64,000 bases of DNA from an uncultured bacterium (GCA_903885965.1 CAISKQ010000060.1:21220-85219); one strand, 5' to 3'. Positions 28,030 to 37,965 are shown, numbered from the stretch's first letter. The notes: generated by a model not told the origin, from the letters alone. Numbers and translations: made by a program.

Positions 28030-29613
28030 TTATTCTGCCAAGTCAACCTTGATAGTCTTGACTACTTTTTTTGATAAACTGTATCCCATTCGTTGAAGTA
28101 TAATTTTGAGACCCTGGCAATACTGATCTGGCTGTTCAATTATATCCGCTATCAGCTCATCAATATTGACCCATTTCAGGTTTTGCGCCTGATCCTGATC
28201 TACATAAATTTCATCGTCGTATTTGCCAATCAACACGGTAGTATATTCATTTTCAATGAAACTATTTTCTGCTTCAAATTTGCAGACAAAGCTAAATTTC
28301 TTTTGAAGCTTAGTTTCAATTCCCATCTCCTCCTTAAGCCTTTTTTGAGCTGTGACAAGAAGCTTCTCCCCTGAGACGCTGTGTCCGGAACAAGTGTTGG
28401 ACCAAAGACCAACTGAATGATATTTTTCATCGGATCCCTTTTGAATCAAATGCTGCCCCTTTTCATTATAAATAAAAATTGAAAAAGCTTTGTGCAACTT
28501 ACCCTCTCGATGTGCTCGCAATTTGTCCTCAGTGCCTTTTTCTTTTCCATGTACATCACAAAGCACAACCCTGTTTCGAAGTACCGGACTTTCTTGAAAG
28601 ACAATTCTTTGATCAAAGTATTTGTTATTAATCAACATTCCAAAAACTCGCATCAACATTGGGTTTGGTTTCTCCAAATGTGATTCAAAGAAATTTTTGT
28701 GTGCATCAAAACTCTGAGCTGCAATTTTGATTGCCTCTTTATTTATTTCTCTTTCTGAAATAAGCTCCAGCACCTTTTTCTGCCAAGATAAATTCTTTAT
28801 TTCCTTCGGATTTGTAAGTGCCTTTTGAACTATCTTTTCTTCAATTAAACTGCGCACTGGAAATGTAACAACTCCATTTTTAATATCCGAAAAAATATCT
28901 TGATTGGATTTACCGCTTTTATCAATATTTTGCCCAAAATCACCAAGATCACTAATCATCTGGCTAGCATTTGAAAAACGAAGATTGCTTGGAATCTCAA
29001 AAACATAATTCTCAATGATATCAAAGTTTCCACAAGAAAGTGCAAAACCAATCAATGGTGTGTAGTCATAAACCAGATTAAGACTTGTATTGCGCTCCAC
29101 GTAAACCTTATCCCAATTAAAGATTATATCATCTAAGGACGAAAAATTCACATTCAATTTCTCTCTTTCCAACCAAAAACCATAGGAAAGTTTTCCCATC
29201 AGCTCATCCACCAAGCCTCGAATCTTGTCGATGTACAACAAATCTTTTTTCAAATATGCATTGAACAAATCATTAATGCAAGACAAAACCAAATCATGCT
29301 GCAAAACAGTTTCCATTAAAACAGCCTCCTTTTCCCAGACATCTTGCTTTCTGTCCAGAATCCATTTTGTTTTGTAAGCCCAAATCATCACCAATTCAAT
29401 AATGACAGCTATTTCGATATATTGCTCCCAATTATCATTTGGACCACTTATAAATCCAGCCTGAAATTGAATACCATTAAGATGCACATTTTTCTTTGTG
29501 TAATCATTTTTCAAAAAGCCGTATTGCGGATATTGCTGGCAAAAATCAGCAAAATACTCATTCAGTTTCTTGGAAGTCTCTTTGATTGTTTTTTGATAAG
29601 TCTTTGAATTCAT
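28030..29613 (-). CDS. Fusion of a polyprenyl-synthase-like domain and type 1 isopentenyl-diphosphate isomerase
   Basis: C-terminal AH..G.LHKAFSIF, WSNTCSGH, EEMGI, ENEY (Nudix IDI-1); N-terminal QMISDLGDF...SDIKNGVVTFP resembles the prenyltransferase second aspartate-rich region. Confidence 0.75.
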   Translation of the reverse strand: MNSKTYQKTIKETSKKLNEYFADFCQQYPQYGFLKNDYTKKNVHLNGIQFQAGFISGPNDNWEQYIEIAVIIELVMIWAYKTKWILDRKQDVWEKEAVLMETVLQHDLVLSCINDLFNAYLKKDLLYIDKIRGLVDELMGKLSYGFWLEREKLNVNFSSLDDIIFNWDKVYVERNTSLNLVYDYTPLIGFALSCGNFDIIENYVFEIPSNLRFSNASQMISDLGDFGQNIDKSGKSNQDIFSDIKNGVVTFPVRSLIEEKIVQKALTNPKEIKNLSWQKKVLELISEREINKEAIKIAAQSFDAHKNFFESHLEKPNPMLMRVFGMLINNKYFDQRIVFQESPVLRNRVVLCDVHGKEKGTEDKLRAHREGKLHKAFSIFIYNEKGQHLIQKGSDEKYHSVGLWSNTCSGHSVSGEKLLVTAQKRLKEEMGIETKLQKKFSFVCKFEAENSFIENEYTTVLIGKYDDEIYVDQDQAQNLKWVNIDELIADIIEQPDQYCQGLKIILQRMGYSLSKKVVKTIKVDLAE

Positions 29614-29690
29614 AGAGTTGCCTTTGTATTTTTAGATTTGTAGATTTGACATTTTAAGTTGACCTTAACTTACTCTACACTATTATTCTA

Positions 29691-29777
29691 TGTCATCCTG
29701 AATTTATTTCAGGATCCTCTCAATAGACAGTGCCGTGATATAAAGAAAGCAGATACTGAAAAAAGTTCAGCATGACA
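29691..29777. repeat. 87-bp REPIN-like element, copy 2
   Basis: TGTCATCCTGAATTTATTTCAGGATCC ... AGATACTGAAAAAAGTTCAGCATGACA. Confidence 0.88.
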
Positions 29778-29808
29778 GGGTAATTATTCGAATTAATTCG
29801 ACATTTTG

Positions 29809-29883
29809 TAGCGGTGGATAGGATTCGAACCTTCAATTCAGCCAAATGAACGACTGCGTTTTAACCGATTAGACTACACCGCC
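29809..29883 (-). tRNA. Degenerate tRNA or pseudo-tRNA; anticodon ambiguous (CAT or TCA)
   Basis: GGCGGTG/CACCGCT acceptor stem, D arm, CAGTC/GGCTG stem with 8-nt loop GTTCATTT, GGTTCGAATCC T arm with a 1-nt bulge. Confidence 0.6.
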
Positions 29884-30053
29884 TCTTGATATGTTTTTAT
29901 TGGACTTTATCTATAATAGCAACTATTTAAAAAATAAGCCAGAGCTGAGGATATTTGGGATTTTTTGAGAAAATTAAAACAGCCCACCTCAATCAAATTC
30001 TATGATTTGATATATTGGCGGACTGTAATTCTGTCAAGTTTTACATATACTCA

Positions 30054-30248
30054 TCAGTCTCCGTATCCCCATTCATCAAGGATTGAATAATGCAGCCTTT
30101 TCCAGGGCACCCTACATCTGGAAAAGTCAGGACAACCAAGACCGTAACAATAGCCCTTGTGGTTTTCCTCTCCCACAAAAAATACCTTAGTCCTGTATCT
30201 TAATACGGGCTTCATGGATGCTGTTTTTTCTGCCATGAGAAACTCCAT
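30054..30248 (-). CDS. Small Cys-containing hypothetical protein
   Basis: Follows the 30274 ORF co-directionally; downstream hairpin at ~29980-30027. Confidence 0.35.
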   Translation of the reverse strand: MEFLMAEKTASMKPVLRYRTKVFFVGEENHKGYCYGLGCPDFSRCRVPWKRLHYSILDEWGYGD

Positions 30249-30273
30249 TATAAAGTTAGTGAATAGAGATTTT

Positions 30274-30618
30274 TTAATCTACTTTTTTAGTGAAACTCCT
30301 TGCAAAGTCGCTAACATCCTCATTATATTTAAATAGCTCAGAGATATTAATTATTTGAGCCTCAGGAGGTTTAACTTCTTGCCTTTCTCCCCCAAATTCC
30401 ACTGGCCTTGGGTCAACATTACGTCCACCACAAACCATGTCGGGACTACCATTTGAATTTCTACCATTCATAACAGCCTCCTCTATTGCTCGTGAAGGAT
30501 GCTCCAGTTTTTCCAGTAAGCTTCTCGCAAGATTAGCGAGACATCTAGCTCTTTCCTCTTCAAGAAGTAAAGCATTACTCAAAGAAGCTCCAAGGCCAGT
30601 TCCAGGTTTTTGGGCCAT
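30274..30618 (-). CDS. Hypothetical protein
   Basis: GAGGTG SD before the start; upstream TTGACT-17-TATCAT promoter (30723-30751). Confidence 0.55.
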   Translation of the reverse strand: MAQKPGTGLGASLSNALLLEEERARCLANLARSLLEKLEHPSRAIEEAVMNGRNSNGSPDMVCGGRNVDPRPVEFGGERQEVKPPEAQIINISELFKYNEDVSDFARSFTKKVD

Positions 30619-30756
30619 AATGCACCTCTTTATAATTTAAGTGAATGAAATAAAAACTAATCAATAGAACTATTAACTCTGGAAAGAACATTTTTCGAGC
30701 AAGGTTTCCTGCTCAATTAAAAATGATAGCACTTTTGTGATGCTTAGTCAATACCG

Positions 30757-30784
30757 AAAAAGAGGCTCAGAAAAGCCTCTTTTT
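30757..30784. terminator. Bidirectional intrinsic terminator
   Basis: AAAAAGAGGCT-cagaaa-AGCCTCTTTTT. Confidence 0.7.
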
Positions 30785-30989
30785 TGACTGAAAAGTTTTT
30801 TTTGAAATGTTGGAGCGCTAGGATTTTCGCGTCGATTTTTCGCCGTCGCTCAAAATCTCCTTGTCCGCGACAGCGCTGAATGCTCGTATTCCTCGCATCC
30901 ATCGACGCACTCTTCGTTTACTTTCTGCTGAAAGTAAACTTGCTTAGCTTCTGTCGGTTCGAATCCCTTATCCCCATAATAGAAGATAT

Positions 30990-31020
30990 TTAAAACGGCA
31001 CCATAATGGTGCTGTTTTAA
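30990..31020 (-). terminator. Hairpin downstream of tRNA-Gln
   Basis: TTAAAACGGCACCA-taa-TGGTGCTGTTTTAA. Confidence 0.65.
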
Positions 31021-31031
31021 ATACTCATTTG

Positions 31032-31102
31032 TTGGGAAGGAGGGATTCGAACCCCCGGTGGCGGGACCAGAACCCGCTGCCTTACCGCTTGGCTACTTCC
31101 CA
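31032..31102 (-). tRNA. tRNA-Gln(CTG)
   Basis: TGGGAAG/CTTCCCA acceptor, GCCAAGCGGTAAGGC D arm, GCGGG-TTCTGGT-CCCGC anticodon arm, GGTTCGAATCC; CCA not encoded. Confidence 0.95.
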
Positions 31103-31240
31103 ATTGATATAAGACTACAAAAATGATTGTATCAAATATTTTTTAAAAAATCAACTCCCCTGCTTCTATCGTGTTTCTATCACAAAGTCCGCCAACAAGG
31201 CGGACATTGATGAAAATTGAAAATTTGAAATTGAAAATTC

Positions 31241-32158
31241 TTAGATTTTTAGGTATCTCCTAATTGCAATTGCGGCGCTGATTGTTCCCAAGGCAATTCC
31301 CGAAACAAGCAGCAGTCCAAAAATAACAAAGAAATGACCGAGATAAAAATCCATAACGTCACCCCCGGAAATACTGCCCTGAGTTACTGGAGCTAAAAAC
31401 TTAGAAGTAATAAACAAAGCAAGAATCACACTAACTGCGGATGAAACACCGTAAAAAATTCCTTCAAAAATAAACGGCATTCGAATATAGATATTTGAAG
31501 CTCCCACTAATCGCATGATTTCAAACTCTTGCTTGTGAGCGTACATAGTCAGCCGAATTGCATTGAACGTAATCAACACTCCAATGAAAATGAAAACTAT
31601 CCCTAAAGTCAATCCGACCTGCTCAACAATCTTAATGATTGTAATAAGTCGATTGATTGCATCTTTGTTTTGCTTATAATCAATAGAACTAACCTCGCCA
31701 GCAAAGGATGAACCGCTTATCGCGCTAACAATAATGTCATATTGATCAGGACTCTTAGCGTTTATCACTAATGATGACAAAAGAGGATTCTCATCAAATT
31801 GATCCAGAGCTGTTTTTATTTTTGGATTTTCAGCGTTATCTATCTTGAATTGTTCTAAAGCCCTATCCTTTGAGACAAAGTTAATAGCCTTTATTTCTTG
31901 ATATTCGGCGAGTTTATTTTTTATTTCTTGTATTTTATTATCCTCAACATCAGGATTAAAATAAACTCTGACATCGATCTTATCTTGAATGTTTTTAAGC
32001 GCAATACTAGAAGCAACACTAATAATAGCCGTTGAGCTAATAATGTAAAGTGAGATAGCAAGGATGCTAACAGTCGCAAAACTCAACCACCCGTTACGAT
32101 AGAAATTATTAAGACCTTCCTTGAACGTCCTTTGAAGTTTTGTGATTTTCATTTCCAT
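31241..32158 (-). CDS. ftsX: Cell division permease FtsX
   Basis: RNGWLS, FVSKDRAL, EFEIMRLVGAS..IRMPFIFEG; follows ftsE. Confidence 0.93.
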   Translation of the reverse strand: MEMKITKLQRTFKEGLNNFYRNGWLSFATVSILAISLYIISSTAIISVASSIALKNIQDKIDVRVYFNPDVEDNKIQEIKNKLAEYQEIKAINFVSKDRALEQFKIDNAENPKIKTALDQFDENPLLSSLVINAKSPDQYDIIVSAISGSSFAGEVSSIDYKQNKDAINRLITIIKIVEQVGLTLGIVFIFIGVLITFNAIRLTMYAHKQEFEIMRLVGASNIYIRMPFIFEGIFYGVSSAVSVILALFITSKFLAPVTQGSISGGDVMDFYLGHFFVIFGLLLVSGIALGTISAAIAIRRYLKI

Positions 32159-32202
32159 AGCTATATTTGTTTTAAAACTTTATAACAAAACAATAAATTA
32201 TT

Positions 32203-32910
32203 TTACTGCAAAGATTGAGCACCAACTCTTACGCTTGAATATTTCCCTTTTTCATTGTCGCGAATAACTTTTCCATCCTCAATCTCAACCACTCGCCTAC
32301 TTAATTTATCCACAATAACTTTATTATGAGTGGCAAGCAAAATTGTCGTTCCGAGACTGTTTATTTTCAGCAACAATTGAATAATTTCCCAAGTTGAAAT
32401 CGGATCAAGATTTCCAGTTGGCTCATCAGCGATGATAAGTAGTGGATGGTGAACCAACGCTCGCGCCATACAAACGCGCTGCTGTTCGCCGCCTGACAAT
32501 TGACGCGGATATTTCCCCATCTTATTACTCATACCAACGATATCCAAAATCTCCGGAACTCTTTGCGCTATCTCTTCATCAGGTTCACCGGCAACTTCAA
32601 GCGCATAAGCAACATTTTCATAAGCTGTTTTTTGTGGAAGCAATTTGAAATCTTGAAAAACCGTTCCGACATTGCGCCTGTAAAACGGTAAATGCTTGCG
32701 ATTAATAGAATCTAGCGAACGTTCATTGAAAGATACGATGCCCGAAGTTGGCCGCTCCTCAGCATAAAGCAATTTGAGCAATGTTGATTTTCCAGCACCG
32801 CTATGTCCAACAATCGAAACAAATTCTCCTTGCTCGATTTTTAAATTAATATCCTCCAAGGCAACGAAATCTCCAGGATAAATTTTTGAAACATTTTCAA
32901 ACTTTAACAT
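32203..32910 (-). CDS. ftsE: Cell division ATP-binding protein FtsE
   Basis: GHSGAGKST, VFQDFKLL, LSGGEQQR, ADEPTGNLDP. Confidence 0.95.
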   Translation of the reverse strand: MLKFENVSKIYPGDFVALEDINLKIEQGEFVSIVGHSGAGKSTLLKLLYAEERPTSGIVSFNERSLDSINRKHLPFYRRNVGTVFQDFKLLPQKTAYENVAYALEVAGEPDEEIAQRVPEILDIVGMSNKMGKYPRQLSGGEQQRVCMARALVHHPLLIIADEPTGNLDPISTWEIIQLLLKINSLGTTILLATHNKVIVDKLSRRVVEIEDGKVIRDNEKGKYSSVRVGAQSLQ

Positions 32911-32937
32911 TTTTTTATTTTGACTTAAAAATTCACT

Positions 32938-33024
32938 TGTCATGCTGAACTCGTTTCAGCATCTGCTATCTTTAATTTGCCATACTTACTTTAACGAAGA
33001 TCCTGAAACAAGTTCAGGATGACA
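32938..33024. repeat. 87-bp REPIN-like element, copy 3
   Basis: TGTCATGCTGAACTCGTTTCAGCATCT ... AGATCCTGAAACAAGTTCAGGATGACA. Confidence 0.9.
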
Positions 33025-33072
33025 GATTGTCTTAACTATGACACATTATTTTAGCTACTTTTTTATTATACA

Positions 33073-34171
33073 CTATTTTAAGTTTGCGCGAAAGTGCAAA
33101 TATGCCTGCATGAATCCCTCAAGCTCACCATCCAAAACTTTTTCAGCATCGCTCGTTTCAAATTTCGTGCGATGATCCTTTACCATCTTGTACGGATGAA
33201 CAACATACGACCTTATCTGACTTCCCCATTCGACGCTTTTATATTCTCCTCGAAGTTTTTGCTTTTCCATCTCCTGCTCCTGCAAAAACTGCTTGTGAAT
33301 TCTAGCTTTCAAAACTTTCATGGCTTGCTGTCTATTTTGAAGTTGGCTACGCTCACTTTGACAAGTTACCACGAGTCCTGTTGGCAAGTGGGTAATGCGC
33401 ACTGCACTATCTGTGGTGTTAACATGTTGACCACCAGCTCCCGATGCTCGATAGGTGTCAATCAACAGATCCTGCGGATTAATGACTACCTCAGCAATAT
33501 CTTCAATGATTGGCAAAACTTCCACAATTGCAAAAGATGTTTGACGCAAATTGTCCGAGTTAAAAGGCGAAAGCCGCACCAAGCGATGCACGCCTGCCTC
33601 ACTTTGCAAATATCCGAAAGCGTGCATTCCGTCAATCTCAATCGTAGCACTTTTGATTCCAGCTTCAGCCCCGCGAGTTTCCTCCACAATCAAAGTCTTG
33701 AAGCCATTTTTCTCCGCCCAGCGAAGATACATCCGCATAAGCATTTCTGCCCAGTCCTGGGCATCAACGCCACCAGCACCGCTTCTAATCGCTAGAATGA
33801 CATCATTTCGGTCATATTGCCCGCTTAGCAACGTTTTAAACTCCAAGGCCTCAAATTCTTTTTGGATTTCAAGCATTTGCCCTTCAACATCCCCACGCTC
33901 TTGATTCTCAGGCGATTCAAACAACTGAGCCAGTTCAATCAAATCAATAACCCTCTTTTCAATATTTTCGAATTCACTAACTTCATTTTTCAAAAACTCC
34001 AAATCTTTAGAAATTTTGGCTGCTTTTTGGGCATCATTCCAAAAGCCCGTCTCCATAGTCTGCTGAGCCAGCAATGATATTTTCTGCGACTTTCCTGCTA
34101 AGTCAAAGATATTCCCGCAAATGCGGGAGCTTATTTTTTATCGCATTAAGATTGTCTAGAATTTCTTTCAT
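33073..34171 (-). CDS. prfB: Peptide chain release factor 2 with programmed +1 frameshift
   Basis: SPF and GGQ motifs; 22-codon ORF1 from the ATG at 34171 ending in CTT TGA C (34108-34102). Confidence 0.96.
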
Positions 34172-34174
34172 ATA

Positions 34175-34289
34175 AACTAACAGATTAAAACGGATTAATT
34201 ACGGATCTGACGCTAATCACGAATAAAAAAATTTCCATTCACAATCCGTGATTTGTGAATATCTGTTAAAAATCCGTGAAAATCAGTTT
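34175..34289. repeat. Empty copy of the GxxExxY cassette arms
   Basis: 34243-34289 is 38/47 identical (ungapped) to 41064-41110; left arm shares ATTAATTACGGATC with 40588-40601. Confidence 0.82.
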
Positions 34290-34290
34290 C

Positions 34291-35037
34291 TCATTCGAGA
34301 ATGAGCAATCCATACATCACACCAATACCTGCAATAATAAACAGGAGTTGCAAAAAAGAATGTGATACCTTGGTAGACTTGTGAAGCTCGGGAATAATGT
34401 CAGCGCTGGCAACATAGATAAAGCCACCCGCCGCAAAAGGAATCAGATAATAAGTTGTGTTGGAAAAACTTTCGCCGATAATCAAAACCAGCAACGCTCC
34501 GAAAATCGCTACAATGCCAGCCAGAAAATTATACAGCAAAGCTTTGCGCTTGGAAAAACCGCCATACAGCATTGAAGCAAAATCGCCAATTTCATGGGGA
34601 ATTTCATGAAAAATCACCGCCAAAGTCGTGGCAATTCCAATTGGCACGCTCACCAAGAAACTGGCCGCAATAATCATACCATCAATAAAATTATGCGCAC
34701 CATCGCCAATCATAATCACATAGGAGAAAGTCTCATTATGCTCGCGGCAACCAATGTCATGACAGTGGTGCCAATGAATGAATTTTTCCAAAACGAAAAA
34801 GGCTAGCATCCCAGCCAGAATGGAAAAGGCAATCCCAACTCCCGAGCCACTTTTGTACGCCTGTGGAATCAAATGCAAAAAAGCATCGCCCAAAAGCGTC
34901 CCCCCGGCAAACGCCACCGCCCAAATCAAAAACTTCTTGATTTTTTCTTCTCCAAACGGAAAAGCGATCAGCCCCAACAAGGAAAGCAGGCTGACGATGA
35001 AAACAGATATTAAAGTGTAAAGCCAAACGTACATCAA
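34291..35037 (-). CDS. ZIP family zinc transporter
   Basis: LGDAFLHLIP, HWHHCH, HNFIDG, HEIPHEIGDF. Confidence 0.93.
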   Translation of the reverse strand: MMYVWLYTLISVFIVSLLSLLGLIAFPFGEEKIKKFLIWAVAFAGGTLLGDAFLHLIPQAYKSGSGVGIAFSILAGMLAFFVLEKFIHWHHCHDIGCREHNETFSYVIMIGDGAHNFIDGMIIAASFLVSVPIGIATTLAVIFHEIPHEIGDFASMLYGGFSKRKALLYNFLAGIVAIFGALLVLIIGESFSNTTYYLIPFAAGGFIYVASADIIPELHKSTKVSHSFLQLLFIIAGIGVMYGLLILE

Positions 35038-35133
35038 TTTGAAATTTGAAATTTGAAATTTTAAGTGAAATCTAAATTTTAAAATTTAGAAATTAAAAAT
35101 TCAATTCAAATTTAAAACTTAAAATTTAAAATT
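35036..35133. repeat. Inverted AT-rich heptamer array
   Basis: (AATTTGA)n left half and (TTTAAAA/CTTAAAA)n right half; similar to the outer arms at 14016 and 14490. Confidence 0.65.
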
Positions 35134-35144
35134 CCTGTTAAAAA

Positions 35145-35666
35145 TTACGCAAGGTAATTTTTAATCAGGGCGATATGATCAATTTCAACCTGATTCAGCG
35201 CCGTGAACATAATCTTCACATGCGTTTCCACTGCCTCTTTGGCAAACTGGCCGTACAGCGTGGCAGCGTGATCTTCCAATTCCAAAGTTTTTTGAAAATT
35301 TTCCAAAACTGCGTCGCTGCAAAGTTCTGGCTTGACTTCTGGCATTGGAATTTGCAAAATCTTGGTGCAAATGACTGCATGTTCAAGTTCAACTTTCGCC
35401 AAGCGTTTGTACATTTTCATAATCTCATATGAATCCATCTTACCAGCCATGCAAAGATAAATTGCATTTGCCTCAATCTCTAATTGCAAAGTTTCCTCCA
35501 AATTTTTCTTGGTCAGCTCAGACAACTGATCTTTCACTTCCGTCACTGGCTTAGCATCTTTGCCTTCTTTAATAAAAGCTTGCCTTGCGCCACAAAAAGG
35601 ACAACTTGTCGGCTTGCCTTCTCCCAAATACGCATCCCCACAAATTTCACAGATATAAGTTTTCAT
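35145..35666 (-). CDS. Reverse-rubrerythrin-like protein (rubredoxin domain + ferritin-like domain)
   Basis: CEICG...CPFCG, then ExxH motifs (ELEH, EIDH). Confidence 0.88.
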   Translation of the reverse strand: MKTYICEICGDAYLGEGKPTSCPFCGARQAFIKEGKDAKPVTEVKDQLSELTKKNLEETLQLEIEANAIYLCMAGKMDSYEIMKMYKRLAKVELEHAVICTKILQIPMPEVKPELCSDAVLENFQKTLELEDHAATLYGQFAKEAVETHVKIMFTALNQVEIDHIALIKNYLA

Positions 35667-35865
35667 TTACCCTGTTAAATAAGATTTGAGTCTCTCAAAG
35701 AGAAACAAACTTATTCTTTTAATTTTTTATCATTATACACCCCACCCATTTTAAGTTTACACTCAAATCTTAATTTTAAAAAATTACTATTTTTTAAAAT
35801 TATTTAACGGGGTGAATCCTACAAAATTACAAATTAATTACAAAAGTACAAAACTTTTTTCTTTT

Positions 35866-36198
35866 TTACAAATGCGCCCTAACAGCGAAATTAAAGGCGA
35901 AAAAATAGTTTTGCCAATTTTTGTCGGTTGAGCCATATTCATTTTCAAAAACAAAATGATCAACCAAAGCTTCCCGCACACGTAAAAGTTCGCGCAGTCT
36001 ACTTTTGTTTTTTTTGTCTTCAATCGTAAAATCCAACAACTCCAAACCTCGCTCAAAAGCCAGGCTTGAATACTGGGTATTACCTTTGTTTTTCCATTTG
36101 ATCGTCCTTTCAATTTCGCTTCCAATGTTGGCGACTTGCTCAAAAAAAGAAAGCTCTTGCCAATGACCGCTGGCCAAATTTTTGTGCTGATATTCCAT
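35866..36198 (-). CDS. Hypothetical protein
   Basis: EQVANIGSEIER...ELLRVRE; abuts the upstream gene. Confidence 0.75.
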   Translation of the reverse strand: MEYQHKNLASGHWQELSFFEQVANIGSEIERTIKWKNKGNTQYSSLAFERGLELLDFTIEDKKNKSRLRELLRVREALVDHFVFENEYGSTDKNWQNYFFAFNFAVRAHL

Positions 36199-36540
36199 TT
36201 ATTTGGTGACTAATTTATTAACCACTGCGATAATCTTCTTTTGCAACTCCAAATCATCAACTCCTCGACTGCGATTTCCTTGAGCTGGACGTAAGTTTAT
36301 CATCGAATCAAATTCTACAAAATCCTCTCCCTCCATTTCTGGATAAAGATTGATGCCCCACAAATTTTTCTGCACTGACCCTTTTTCCAAAAGCAGCGCT
36401 TCCTCATCAGCATGCAGATCGCCATCAACTGCCATGATTTCTTTTTCCAAATCCACGACAGCTTTGACAAGATTGCCAAACATTTTTCCAGCCATCTCAT
36501 TAAGTTCCTGCACAGAAATTTTGTTTTCGATTATTTTCAT
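36199..36540 (-). CDS. DUF5674-like protein
   Basis: VKAVVD, LHADEE..LL..GS.Q..LWG.N, FDSMINLRP.QGNRS. Confidence 0.75.
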   Translation of the reverse strand: MKIIENKISVQELNEMAGKMFGNLVKAVVDLEKEIMAVDGDLHADEEALLLEKGSVQKNLWGINLYPEMEGEDFVEFDSMINLRPAQGNRSRGVDDLELQKKIIAVVNKLVTK

Positions 36541-36570
36541 AAAAAATAAATTTAAATAATTTTTAAACTG

Positions 36571-36643
36571 AGCCGTCCATCAGAATCGAACTGATGACCT
36601 ACGCGTTACGAGTGCGTCGCTCTGCCAACTGAGCTAGGACGGC
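36571..36643 (-). tRNA. tRNA-Thr(CGT)
   Basis: GCCGTCC/GGACGGC acceptor, GCTC/GAGC D arm, loop CTCGTAA, ATCAG-TTCGATT-CTGAT T arm. Confidence 0.95.
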
Positions 36644-36747
36644 TTTTCGGATGTCCCGCTTTCGCTGTGCGGGTTCACCAGAGGTGAATAACAGAATTTT
36701 AGCTAATTTGAGCCCTTTTGGCAAGCATGAAAAAAGCTCGAAAAAAG

Positions 36748-37917
36748 TTAGAAAAAATTATCCGCTGTAATCAATCTCGTTTTCGCCTCTGGGTATCTAT
36801 TTTTAAAAGCCTTATTGACAGATCTTCTTTTGTATTTCACTTCCACGCCAATGATTTCTCCCTTTTTTTCCAAAACTACATCAATTTCAGAGCCTTGTTT
36901 TGTTCGCCAATAATAAAACTTCAAATTTGCATCACAATAACTATCTTGCTTTATCAATTCACTAATAATGAAGTTTTCGAACAAAGCCCCCTTGTCAGTC
37001 CGCGAATCCAAATCAGAGAAATCACCAATCAGGGCATTTCTGATGCCCGTATCATAGAAAAATATCTTTGCTGCTTTTGAAATTTCATCCCGCTTTTTCT
37101 TTGAATATGGATACAGCCGAAACAAAATAAAACTCTGCTCGAAAATTTCAATATAGCGTTTAATTGTCCGCTGATCAGCCTTTAAGCTACTGGCTAGCTC
37201 TGAATAATTTATAAGATTTCCAATTTGAAAAGCCAGCAACCTCAGCAAATCTTTGGCTAATTTCTTGTCCTCAATCAAATCCAATTCCAAAATATCCTTG
37301 AAAATTAAACTGTCCACGAAATTCAAAAGATATTTCTCATCGCTTGGACTATCTATTAAATGCGGATATTGCCCATAAACCAACACACCATCAAGAACAC
37401 TTTTCAAATCAAACCTGTAAAGCTGATCCCTGGGCTTGTATTTTTTATCATCTATTATTTTTTCAAGAATATTGAAATTCAGCTCTTTTTCAATTCCTTT
37501 CTGATTCAAATATTCAGAAAAAGTGAGCGGATAAATATTATAATCTATCTTTCTACCAGCCAAACTCTCCCCTGTTTTGTTTTTGATGTGAAAAGAAGAC
37601 GAACCTGTAATTATAATTCTCATCCCATCTAATTGATCATAGATTATTTTCACTGCCCTGCCAGGATTGCTCAAAAGATGAATTTCATCAATAATAATCT
37701 CTTTGGATTTTTCATTTATGAGCGTTTTGTAGGTTTCAATGTCATATGTTTCAAGAATTTTTCTAATAGGCTCGTTATCCACCAAAAAATAGGATCCTTT
37801 CGGAAATATTTTTTTGACCAAGGTTGTTTTTCCAACCTGCCTTGAACCAAGCAAGATAAGCACTTGCTTGTATTTTTCAAAATGTCGACTAAGTTTGAGG
37901 TCAAGATGTCTTTGCAT
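36748..37917 (-). CDS. AAA+ ATPase (AAA_14 + DUF4143)
   Basis: GSRQVGKT, IIDEIH, TGSSS, KIFFYDTG, YWRTKQGSEIDVV..VEVK. Confidence 0.9.
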   Translation of the reverse strand: MQRHLDLKLSRHFEKYKQVLILLGSRQVGKTTLVKKIFPKGSYFLVDNEPIRKILETYDIETYKTLINEKSKEIIIDEIHLLSNPGRAVKIIYDQLDGMRIIITGSSSFHIKNKTGESLAGRKIDYNIYPLTFSEYLNQKGIEKELNFNILEKIIDDKKYKPRDQLYRFDLKSVLDGVLVYGQYPHLIDSPSDEKYLLNFVDSLIFKDILELDLIEDKKLAKDLLRLLAFQIGNLINYSELASSLKADQRTIKRYIEIFEQSFILFRLYPYSKKKRDEISKAAKIFFYDTGIRNALIGDFSDLDSRTDKGALFENFIISELIKQDSYCDANLKFYYWRTKQGSEIDVVLEKKGEIIGVEVKYKRRSVNKAFKNRYPEAKTRLITADNFF

Positions 37918-37965
37918 ATAAATATATTACTTTTTAATCATCTGATGTAACAAAAGATATATCTA

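Noticed and set aside
32910-32943. Extended ftsE N-terminus (similarly porD to 42613 and the DsbA-like gene to 46995)
   Set aside because: The upstream starts fall inside repeat elements; downstream ATGs match the family starts.
33094-33904. Long plus-strand ORFs opposite prfB (also 17176-17754, 39319-39972, 48362-48901, 56565-57137)
   Set aside because: Antisense shadows of well-supported genes with no recognisable motifs.
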